This document shows, one piece after another, positions 28,874 to 37,203 of a stretch of DNA of 64,000 bases. How positions within the stretch are numbered: position 1 is the first letter of the stretch; each line of letters starts with the position of its first letter. A model generated the notes under the pieces. That model saw only the letters and a program-made list of their open reading frames with translations, had not been told where the DNA came from and did no database searches. Origin of the DNA: Staphylococcus phage Machias; sequence record MW349128.1, one strand, 5' to 3'. The translations under genes and the position numbers were made by a program.

Positions 28874-29734
28874 TTGAATAAAAATAAAGATTATTATCTA
28901 TATAAATTAGAAGACAAAATGTACACAGTTGAAAATGAAATTGAAGATTTATCGGATATAGGTATAAAGAATTTTATAACTCCAGAAATTAATACTTTAA
29001 GTCATATATTCTCAAATTTACAATTCTCACATAAAGAAAATAGAAACCCTGATAAATCTCCTTTTATGCTTTTTAATATTTTTAAAGAGGAACCAAGACA
29101 TATTAAAGGAGCTATTATAGATATAATGCCATTTCTACCTTTTTTAGCTTATAATATAAACGATTCAAAAATATTAAATAATTTTAGTATAAATTTAAAT
29201 TCAGATGTCAAATTTCATGAAAAAGGTGAATATAAAGATAAAGACGATAATGATATTTATGTACTTAAAAATGGCATTGATCTTAGTTTAGAATTGAGTA
29301 TTTCAAATCTTGGAACTGAATTAGACAAAAAATTATTTAATGAATCATGTGGAAATGTCTTTGAGTTTAAAGGAGAAAATAATACATTAGTATTTAAAAT
29401 AAATAAATTTATACCTGAAGAAGATCCAATTCAACTATATAATGCTTTAAAGAAAAATAATCTAGGTCATCATAGGATGTATAAATTTCTTCTAAATATA
29501 AATAATGAAATACTAACATTATTGAATAAAATAACCAATCATCTTAATATAAATTTTTATTTAAATGAAAGATATTTTTTAGAATTTAGCAAAGATGATT
29601 TAAAAATAAAAGAAGAAGATATTAAAGATAAATATGTAGAATTATTTAGTTATATAGATGAAACAGATACATTTGAGAAAATTAATGATGAAAAGATTAT
29701 AGCTAAATATAAAGTAAGAGATAATTTTAAATAA
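28874..29734 (+). CDS. tail-family paralogue 12 (...INDEKIIAKYKVRDNFK)
   Basis: RBS aaggagg, TTG start; conserved tail. Confidence 0.6.
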   Translation: MNKNKDYYLYKLEDKMYTVENEIEDLSDIGIKNFITPEINTLSHIFSNLQFSHKENRNPDKSPFMLFNIFKEEPRHIKGAIIDIMPFLPFLAYNINDSKILNNFSINLNSDVKFHEKGEYKDKDDNDIYVLKNGIDLSLELSISNLGTELDKKLFNESCGNVFEFKGENNTLVFKINKFIPEEDPIQLYNALKKNNLGHHRMYKFLLNINNEILTLLNKITNHLNINFYLNERYFLEFSKDDLKIKEEDIKDKYVELFSYIDETDTFEKINDEKIIAKYKVRDNFK

Positions 29735-29794
29735 AATTAAAATTCTATAATAACGGAAAATTATAGTAGTATAACTAGGAGATGAAATTAGATA

Positions 29795-32530
29795 ATGAAA
29801 ATTAAACGATTAAAGTTAGTTAACTTTATAGGTATATATGCTGGGACAGGTCTTAAAGAAATTGAGATAGACTTCAGTAAGAGTAAAAATAATATGATAA
29901 TGCTACTTGGAAATAACGGATCTAGTAAGACTGTGATACTTTCACAACTAAGTCCGTATAGAACTTCTAATGATAATCGTAAGACAATTACGATTGAAGG
30001 AGAAAAAGGAGTTAAAGAAATCGATTATATTAAAGGTAATGATGTATATAAAATTAAACATCATTATGGTAAAAATAGTTCTCAGAATAAATCATTTATT
30101 AAAAAGAATGATGAAGAATTAAATGAAAATGGTGGCATTAAACTGTTTAATGAAATAGTTGATAATGAATTAGACGTATCACAAGAATATTTCACAGTAG
30201 GTAGATTAGGAGATAATGTATCTAACTTTATAGACTATACTACAGGTGATCGTAAAACATATATTAACAAATTTGTACCTAATATTGATAAGTATTTAGA
30301 AGCTTATAAAGTTGCTAATGAAAAGAAAAAGCTTATTGATAAAGATCTTAAGTCATTAAGATTTGATTTAGATAAATATAAAGAATTTGATGAAATTAAG
30401 AAAGAAAAAGAAGTACTAGAAAATTTAATTAATGAAATTCAAGATGAATTAGATAATGCTAATAAAGAAAAGACTTCTAATGAGACCAAATTAAATTCTA
30501 TTATGGAAGAAAAGTATAATGAAATTCATCCAACTCAATTAAAAGAAAATTTAATTAATGAACTTCATGAACTTGAAAATGAATTAGAAAAAGAAAGAAA
30601 GTTAAAAGAATCTAATGAAAATCTAAATAATTATACATTAGAATCTGCTAATGAAAAGAAAGAAAAAGTATCTTCTATACTTAATGAAGTTCATACAAAT
30701 TTAACATCAACTAAAAAGGATAAAGAATCTAATCAAGATAAATTAGATGATTTAATTAGTAGAAAATCTAAAATTGAATCTAGAATGAATGCTATTAAGT
30801 TCAATGAAGATTATGATGCTTCACAGGAAATTGATGAAATTCTTCAATCATATAAAGATGATCTAACTGATTTAGATAATGATATAGATGTTGCTAGAGG
30901 ATCCTATTTCAATAACTTTAATATTAAAATTAAAGATAATATTGAAGTTAATACACTTAATTTATATATAGATAACCTATTAAATAAAGTTAATAAATTC
31001 AAGAGTCTAGTTAATGATAATAAATTTAAATATAATGATATTCATGGAGATTTTGAAACTGAAATTAAATCTAATAAAGAAAAAATTTCTATGAACCTAA
31101 ATGAAGCTAATGAACTTAATACAAGTCTTAATCAAATTAAAGGTAAATCAGATTTACTTAAAATATTAGAACAAAAAGATCATGAACATTATAAAGAATG
31201 TGTATTTGTACCTTTAGTAGTTGATTTTAAAGATAATGAATATGATTCAATTGATAAATTGGAAACTAGAGTTAATGAACTTTATGAAGAAAATAATCAG
31301 TTAGAAAATGATAATGAACTTCTTTCTAATCATATCGATATATTAAATCAATTTAATTATATTAAAGAAGATGTCGATTCATTAAACGAATATTTAGGTT
31401 TTGATATTATTACTATGGATAATATTAAAGAGATATTTATTAATAATAGCTCATTTACTAATGAAGAAAATAGCTTGAAATCATTATCAGATAATGTTAA
31501 TGAAATTAGAACATCTGAACGCAATAGAGATGAATTATCTAAAGAATTGGAAAGAAAAAGATATGCGTTTAAAGAAGATCATTCTAATCAAAAATTAATG
31601 AATCAATATAACGAAGATAAAGCTGAATTAGAAAAGCAGATTGAAGAAGTTAAAAGTAATAAAGATAATATCTTAGAGAATCTTAATGAACTTAATGCAA
31701 AGAAAGATAAAGGACAAAATACTTTAGACATTATTAATGAATTTATTAATTTAACAGAAAAGTCTGATGAAATTAAATCTAACATTAAAGATAAACAATC
31801 TAATATTGATGAAGTTGATAAAGATTTAAATAATTTAAGTAGATTATATGAACTTAATCAACAATCAGATAGTAAGATTAATTCTATTAAAGATAATTTA
31901 ACTATGAAGAAAAATGATTTAGAATCTACTAAAGAAAAATACTTTACAGTAAATACGATTATTAATAAGATTGATGATATTGAGAAAGTATTATGGAAAT
32001 ATTCATTAGTAGTCGATTCATTGAATCCTAAAAAAGATTCTATACCATTAATATTCATTACTAATTACCTTAAAGATATTGCAGTAAGTACTAATGAACT
32101 TCTTTCAGTGGCGTACAATAATTCATTCAAGATTGATTTTGATTTAACTGACAAGGATTTCTTTATTAATGTTTATAAAGGTAATGGTACTGAATTACAA
32201 GACATTAAAGAAGCTTCTCAAGGGGAAACAGCTTTAACTAATATTAGTTTATCATTATCATTATTAAATAAAGTTTCACAAGATTATAATATTCTTTATC
32301 TAGATGAAATGGATGCAACATTAGACTCTAATAATCGTAGAAGATTTGTTGATGTTATTGATAAGCAAATTGAATTAATGGGATTAGAACAAGTATTCTT
32401 AATTAGTCATAATGATGAATTTTATAGTTCTGATATTGATTTAATTTTGCTTAAAGGATATGAAAATAAGATTGATATTAATGATGAAGAAATGATGCAA
32501 GGTAAAAATGTATTGTTTAAATTAAATTAA
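29795..32530 (+). CDS. SbcC/Rad50-like SMC-family ATPase (T4 gp46-like)
   Basis: N-terminal Walker A LLGNNGSSKT; long coiled-coil; C-terminal signature ASQGETAL and Walker B/D-loop NILYLDEMDATLD. Confidence 0.7.
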   Translation: MKIKRLKLVNFIGIYAGTGLKEIEIDFSKSKNNMIMLLGNNGSSKTVILSQLSPYRTSNDNRKTITIEGEKGVKEIDYIKGNDVYKIKHHYGKNSSQNKSFIKKNDEELNENGGIKLFNEIVDNELDVSQEYFTVGRLGDNVSNFIDYTTGDRKTYINKFVPNIDKYLEAYKVANEKKKLIDKDLKSLRFDLDKYKEFDEIKKEKEVLENLINEIQDELDNANKEKTSNETKLNSIMEEKYNEIHPTQLKENLINELHELENELEKERKLKESNENLNNYTLESANEKKEKVSSILNEVHTNLTSTKKDKESNQDKLDDLISRKSKIESRMNAIKFNEDYDASQEIDEILQSYKDDLTDLDNDIDVARGSYFNNFNIKIKDNIEVNTLNLYIDNLLNKVNKFKSLVNDNKFKYNDIHGDFETEIKSNKEKISMNLNEANELNTSLNQIKGKSDLLKILEQKDHEHYKECVFVPLVVDFKDNEYDSIDKLETRVNELYEENNQLENDNELLSNHIDILNQFNYIKEDVDSLNEYLGFDIITMDNIKEIFINNSSFTNEENSLKSLSDNVNEIRTSERNRDELSKELERKRYAFKEDHSNQKLMNQYNEDKAELEKQIEEVKSNKDNILENLNELNAKKDKGQNTLDIINEFINLTEKSDEIKSNIKDKQSNIDEVDKDLNNLSRLYELNQQSDSKINSIKDNLTMKKNDLESTKEKYFTVNTIINKIDDIEKVLWKYSLVVDSLNPKKDSIPLIFITNYLKDIAVSTNELLSVAYNNSFKIDFDLTDKDFFINVYKGNGTELQDIKEASQGETALTNISLSLSLLNKVSQDYNILYLDEMDATLDSNNRRRFVDVIDKQIELMGLEQVFLISHNDEFYSSDIDLILLKGYENKIDINDEEMMQGKNVLFKLN

Positions 32531-32551
32531 ATTTGAAAAGGATGTTTTAAA

Positions 32552-32695
32552 ATGAATAAAAAAAGACTATTAATATCTACTTTAATGACTATTGCAATTG
32601 CTTTACCACTTAACGTATTCTTTGAACATTTAAGAACTAGATATCAGCAAGATGATATAGACACAGTTGATACAGAGAAAGAATTATTCTTATAG
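32552..32695 (+). CDS. small hydrophobic peptide (47 aa), not in the ORF track
   Basis: ATG after aaaggatg; TM-like LLISTLMTIAIALPL. Confidence 0.3.
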   Translation: MNKKRLLISTLMTIAIALPLNVFFEHLRTRYQQDDIDTVDTEKELFL

Positions 32696-32707
32696 TTAAT
32701 CAAACAT

Positions 32708-32745
32708 GCCAAACGATTCTAATCGAGTCGTTTGGCATTATATTT
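32708..32745. terminator. rho-independent terminator (ATGCCAAACGAT / loop / GTCGTTTGGCAT + T-run)
   Basis: 12-bp GC-containing stem followed by TTATATTTTT. Confidence 0.75.
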
Positions 32746-32813
32746 TTAATTTTTTACAAAATTGTAATAACTAGCAATTATGAAATAACTTGAATTAGGA
32801 GGAATTTTTAGTT

Positions 32814-33282
32814 ATGGGTCGTTTTATAAAATCAACATATTTGAATAAAAAAGAAACATCTAATAAAAAAGAGAAAGTAGTAATGGTTGTTAAGGAAGAA
32901 GATGGAACTAAGAAACATATGGAAATAGTAGATCCTATGATGCATTATTATGTAACTAAAGATGAACATTGGTTACCACCTAATATAGTTGTAGGTTCTA
33001 TGGCTAAAGAAAAAGTTAGAACTGTACACTGTAAACATAAAGATGTTATTAAATCTATAGTTAGAGAAGCAGGTAATGCTCAAGATAAATCAGAATACGA
33101 TAGAATATTATCTTCAGGTAATTATGAAGAGTTTAGAAAATTAAAAGATTTTCATTTAATGAATAATGTTCATGGATCTGATATTAATATTGAAGATTAT
33201 AATATTAATGAGTATATCAAACAAAACTTAGATAGTAAAGTTGGAATTGATATATGTCTATTTGATATAGAGGTAGATGGAT
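32814..33282 (+). CDS. DNA polymerase family B, N-terminal subunit, exon 1 (Exo I motif FDIEVDG)
   Basis: RBS aggagg; ICLFDIEVDG ~ T4 gp43 ANCDIEVTGD; the exon end is approximate, chosen so the product reads DIEVDG-F-PEPGMAE against T4 DIEVTGDKFPDPMKAE. Confidence 0.7.
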
Positions 33283-34070
33283 CGCAAACAGTTGGGTTAA
33301 TTTAGGTAGCTCAATTAAAAAATTATTAATTGCTGAAAAGTTTAAAAATAATCAGCATCACTAATTTAGTGTTCAACGACTAAATATAATAATATAATTC
33401 AAATATACTTCCTTTATAAAAGGAGGAAAATAATGAAAGAAATATGGAAAGACATTAAAGATTTTGAAAATTACTATAAAATATCCAATACTGGTAAAGT
33501 TAAATCGGTTTCAAGATATGTATATAATGATTCTTTAAAAGGTAAAGATAAAAGAATGCTTATTAAAGAAAGAGTATTAAAAACAAGAATAAATAAAAAT
33601 GGTTATGAAGATGTTCAATTATATAGAAATAATAAGAAGCATACAAGAAGAATACACCGTTTAGTTGCAGAGAATTTTATCGAAAATAAAGATATTGATA
33701 AAAATGTAGTTAATCATATTGACGGTAATAAATTAAATAACAATTTATCTAATTTAGAATGGATGTCAGTATTAGAAAATAATTTACATGCTATAGAAAA
33801 TAATCTTCATAAAACTGATAAAATGGAAGAATCATTAAAAAAGAGAAGAAAACCAGTAGCACAAATAGATAAAGAAACAGATAAAATTATAAAAGAATAT
33901 GAAAGTGCTAAATTTGCAGCGGAAGAATTAAATATAGATAGAAAAGGAATACAAGCAGTTGCAAATGGTTATAGAAATAGTAAAACTTACAAAAATTTTA
34001 AATGGAAATATATTTGAATTTAAAAGATATAGTCTAATCTTTATACAATTGTATAAAGTTAATATAAATG
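33283..34070 (+). mobile_element. group I intron F with an HNH homing endonuclease ORF inserted between P7 and P7'
   Basis: ATTAATTGCTGAAAAG / AATCAGCATC / GTTCAACGACTAAATAT before the ORF and GATATAGTCTAATC (34026..34036) after it. Confidence 0.65.
33433..34017 (+). CDS. intron-encoded HNH homing endonuclease (NUMOD4-like N-terminus, HNH_3 core, C-terminal NUMOD1/IENR1-like HTH)
   Basis: MKEIWKDIKDFENYYKISNTGKVKS; VNHIDGNKLNNNLSNLEW; RBS aaaggagg. Confidence 0.8.
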   Translation: MKEIWKDIKDFENYYKISNTGKVKSVSRYVYNDSLKGKDKRMLIKERVLKTRINKNGYEDVQLYRNNKKHTRRIHRLVAENFIENKDIDKNVVNHIDGNKLNNNLSNLEWMSVLENNLHAIENNLHKTDKMEESLKKRRKPVAQIDKETDKIIKEYESAKFAAEELNIDRKGIQAVANGYRNSKTYKNFKWKYI

Positions 34071-34360
34071 TCCCTGAACCAGGAATGGCTGAAATTAATA
34101 TTATAACTGTAGTTGATTGGAGTAAACGTAAATGTTTAACATTTGCATTAAAATATGATACAGATAATTATAATGAAGTTATGACAGATAAAACTAAATT
34201 AATGGAAGATCTAAATAATATTTATAATAATAAAGATAGCGAGATTGGAGAAGATTTAGGTTTAGAATTTGAAATATATGAATTAGATACTGAAATGGAA
34301 ATTATTAAATCATTCTTATACTATATTAATGAAATTAGTAAGCCTGATATATGTACGGCT
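34071..34360 (+). CDS. DNA polymerase family B, N-terminal subunit, exon 2 (ends ...KPDICTA before Exo II)
   Basis: PEPGMAEINIITVVDWSKRKCLTFAL ~ T4 PDPMKAEYEIDAITHYDSIDDRFYVFDL; the exon end ACGGCT pairs with intron IGS GGTCGT. Confidence 0.7.
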
Positions 34361-35447
34361 TGAGAAACACACTGGGTCGTGTAAAACCTTTTTAATTGCT
34401 GGAACGTCCTTATTGCTTAGTGAGCTACAACGTGACTGGTAACGGTGAGCGTGATATGCTTAAAAATCATTAAGATTGGATAATCAGCAGCGAAGACTCT
34501 ATAAATCCTTTTCAAGAAAGGATGATTAATATGAATTATAAACCGAAAAATAAAAAGAAAATAACCAATGAAGATTGGAAAGAAATTGTCAAAGAATTAG
34601 GTAATGATGAATATGAAGTATTAGGAGATTACCTGGGTACAAAAAACAAAATTGAAATGAAACATAAAATATGTGGAGAGACATTTTTTATGACACCAAA
34701 TAATTTTAAAATAAGTGAAAATCGTTGTCCTATCTGTTCTATAAAGAAAGTTTCAGAAAAACGTAGGAAGAAGACAAAGGAATTAAATGAAAAAATAAAA
34801 GAAGTTCTTGATGATTCTTATGAATTTAAATTGAACGGTAATGAAACTGTTCATAATAAAATAAAAGTAAAACATAAACAATGTGGAAACGAATACAGTG
34901 TTTTAATAAGACATATAATTTATGATAAAAATAAATGTAGTAAATGTCAAGATTTTGTTAATTCAAGAGATGAAAAAGAAATAAATAAATTCCTTATAGA
35001 AATGGGCGTAGATTTCGAAAGACAATATAAATTTGAAGATGACAAAGTAAAAAATCTTAGATTTGACTTTGCAGTTTTTAAAAATAACGAAATCAAACTT
35101 ATAGAATTTGATGGTGAATTTCATTTTAAAGAAAAATTTGGTGGACCAAAAGCATTTGAGAAAGTAGTATACAATGACTATCTCAAAAATAAATTTTGTT
35201 TTGACAATAACATAAAATTACTTAGAATACCTTATTGGGAAAGTAATAATAAAAAAGAAATAATAAAAAGGTTTATAGAGTAACGTTCAACGACTATCGA
35301 AAAGTGAGCATTATGTCGAGAGGACCTATTGCAATATAACTGAGTAGAGTACACTTTTAATTAAGTGGAAAAAGAAGGGTATGTAGAGTAACGTCTATAT
35401 ACAAGATATAGTCTATCTTTCAATAAAATATATTTTATTGAAATTTG
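34361..35447 (+). mobile_element. group I intron G carrying a homing endonuclease ORF between P6 and P7
   Basis: P1 pairing ACGGCU/GGUCGU; TTAATTGCTGGAACG ... TAATCAGCAGC; after the ORF come GTTCAACGACTATCG ... AGATATAGTCTATC and a P9 hairpin; omega-G at 35447 immediately before TGG AAT (WN of Exo II). Confidence 0.7.
34522..35283 (+). CDS. intron-encoded homing endonuclease, tandem Zn-finger-like DNA-binding modules plus Vsr/PD-(D/E)xK-like (DUF559-like) nuclease domain
   Basis: two HKxCGxxF...NxxxxxRCPICS / KCSKC repeats; C-terminal LRFDFAVFKNNEIKLIEFDGEFH; homologous to ORF 63260..64000(-). Confidence 0.55.
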   Translation: MINMNYKPKNKKKITNEDWKEIVKELGNDEYEVLGDYLGTKNKIEMKHKICGETFFMTPNNFKISENRCPICSIKKVSEKRRKKTKELNEKIKEVLDDSYEFKLNGNETVHNKIKVKHKQCGNEYSVLIRHIIYDKNKCSKCQDFVNSRDEKEINKFLIEMGVDFERQYKFEDDKVKNLRFDFAVFKNNEIKLIEFDGEFHFKEKFGGPKAFEKVVYNDYLKNKFCFDNNIKLLRIPYWESNNKKEIIKRFIE

Positions 35448-36389
35448 TGGAATCTAGATTTTGACTTTGCAACTATATTTGAAAGAATTAAAGTTAATGG
35501 AGAAGATCCAGCTGATTATTTCTGTTCTAAAGATTTACAAGATAAAAAAGCTTATTATAGATTAGATAAAAACGCTACAGATGCAGCTAATAGATCATCT
35601 ACGTTCGAAACTAACTCATACACTAACTGGATTGACCAATTAGCTTTATATGCAAATGTAAATAAACCAAATGGTGTTATGGAATCAGTTAAGTTAAATG
35701 ATGTTGGTGAAAAAGAAACTGGTATTAAGAAAGATGTATATGAAGGATCTATCTCTGATTTACATTTTAGAGATTATTATACATTCATTCTTTATAACAT
35801 TAAAGATACTGTATTAACTGCTTTAATAGAAAAGAACACTAATATGTTTGATTTATTATTCTCTATTGTAGATATGACTAGAACTAGACCAAGTAAAGCA
35901 CTTAAGAAAACTATTTGTTTAAGAAATCGTAGTTCTGTCTTCTTTGAAAATCAAGGATATGTATTAAGTAATAATCACTCTAAAATACTATCTGATCCAA
36001 ATGCAGATAAAATACGTGGTGGATTTGTAGCTAATATGACATTAATAGAACGTATGGGTGATATTTTAGTTAAAGGTAGAGATATTAGATCTAATAGATT
36101 ATTTAGTAATGTTTGTGACTTTGACTTGAGTTCACTATATCCTTCTATTATTAGAGGATTTAATATAACACCTGAAGGGCATATAGGTAAAATTCAAATA
36201 CAAGATAAATCTACAATGACAGTTCCTAAGTATGAAGAAGACAAATTAAATTACGACTTTAATACTGAATTTATTAGTAAATTTAACAGTCAAGATAGTG
36301 TAGCATTTGCTCAAGAATTTCATGGTTTACCTCCATTGAATATTGCAGCTAAGAAAGTATCTGATAAAATAAAAAGTAAAGGAGCTTAA
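35448..36389 (+). CDS. DNA polymerase family B, N-terminal subunit, exon 3 (Exo II WNLDFDF, Exo III YNIKDTV, motif A [12 protein letters not shown]); the polypeptide ends 70 aa after motif A
   Basis: colinear with T4 gp43 GWNVESF / YNIIAVY / [23 protein letters not shown]; stop at 36389 with no intron signature after it. Confidence 0.8.
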   Translation, partial: [313 protein letters not shown]

Positions 36390-36392
36390 CCT

Positions 36393-37178
36393 TTGAGTAT
36401 TTTAATTGAAGAAAGTAAAATAGTAAATAAATTAGTCATGACTTTTGAAGAAATTTCTAAATTATTTAATAATATTGAAAATGGAAGTAAATTGATAGAT
36501 TTCAAAAATAATGTATTTACTAATGGTTCTAATTTAGAAACTATACCTAATAATGTTAATGTACAAATTAAAGAAGATAATCCAATTTATGATTATCTTC
36601 TTCCAATTGAATATTGTAGCTTTAATGTAGAAGATTTTATACAGGTTAGAACTAATAAAGCTGATAAAATTATTAAAGTAGAATTCTTTAATGATGAAGA
36701 TAATAAAGGTATTAAGTTTACTAGAGAATCTGATTTAGAAACAATTATTGATGATAAAGATTATTATATTGAAGAGAATATTAATGAAGAATATAATTAT
36801 ACAGAGGATGCTATTAAATTTCTTAAAGAATCAGATCCTTTCTATTCTTTTAATTTAGATGAAAAATCTTTATTATATATTAAAGAATGTAAACCTTCTG
36901 AATTCTTTAAATGTATATTTACTGAAAATGAAATGTTTGTAAGAGAACCGTATTATATTTATAATGAAGATGATTATTTAATTGATTTTAGAACTTCAAA
37001 GAAATATCTATTAGGATTAAAATATAAAACTACAAAAGGAAATATTGTTTGTCCTGAAGTTCATGTAGATATCTTTGCTCCGGAAACAGATGTATATAGT
37101 GAATTTATCTTACTAAAATTTTCAATTTCTCAAGATAAATTTATAGCAAATTTAGATTTTTTGATTTATAATATATAA
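36393..37178 (+). CDS. hypothetical protein (261 aa)
   Basis: ORF 3 nt after the polB-N stop; TTG/ATG start. Confidence 0.5.
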   Translation: MSILIEESKIVNKLVMTFEEISKLFNNIENGSKLIDFKNNVFTNGSNLETIPNNVNVQIKEDNPIYDYLLPIEYCSFNVEDFIQVRTNKADKIIKVEFFNDEDNKGIKFTRESDLETIIDDKDYYIEENINEEYNYTEDAIKFLKESDPFYSFNLDEKSLLYIKECKPSEFFKCIFTENEMFVREPYYIYNEDDYLIDFRTSKKYLLGLKYKTTKGNIVCPEVHVDIFAPETDVYSEFILLKFSISQDKFIANLDFLIYNI

Positions 37179-37203
37179 TGTAAGGAAAAATTCTAAAAAG
37201 GAG

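Noticed and set aside
34364-34520. GC-richer patches (34364..34520, 35284..35440, 63000..63240) considered as possible tRNA or other small RNA genes.
   Set aside because: The first two are the structured P1-P6 and P7-P9 regions of intron G. The third is a conserved RNAP beta exon. I could fold no cloverleaf with acceptor/anticodon/T-arm geometry by eye.
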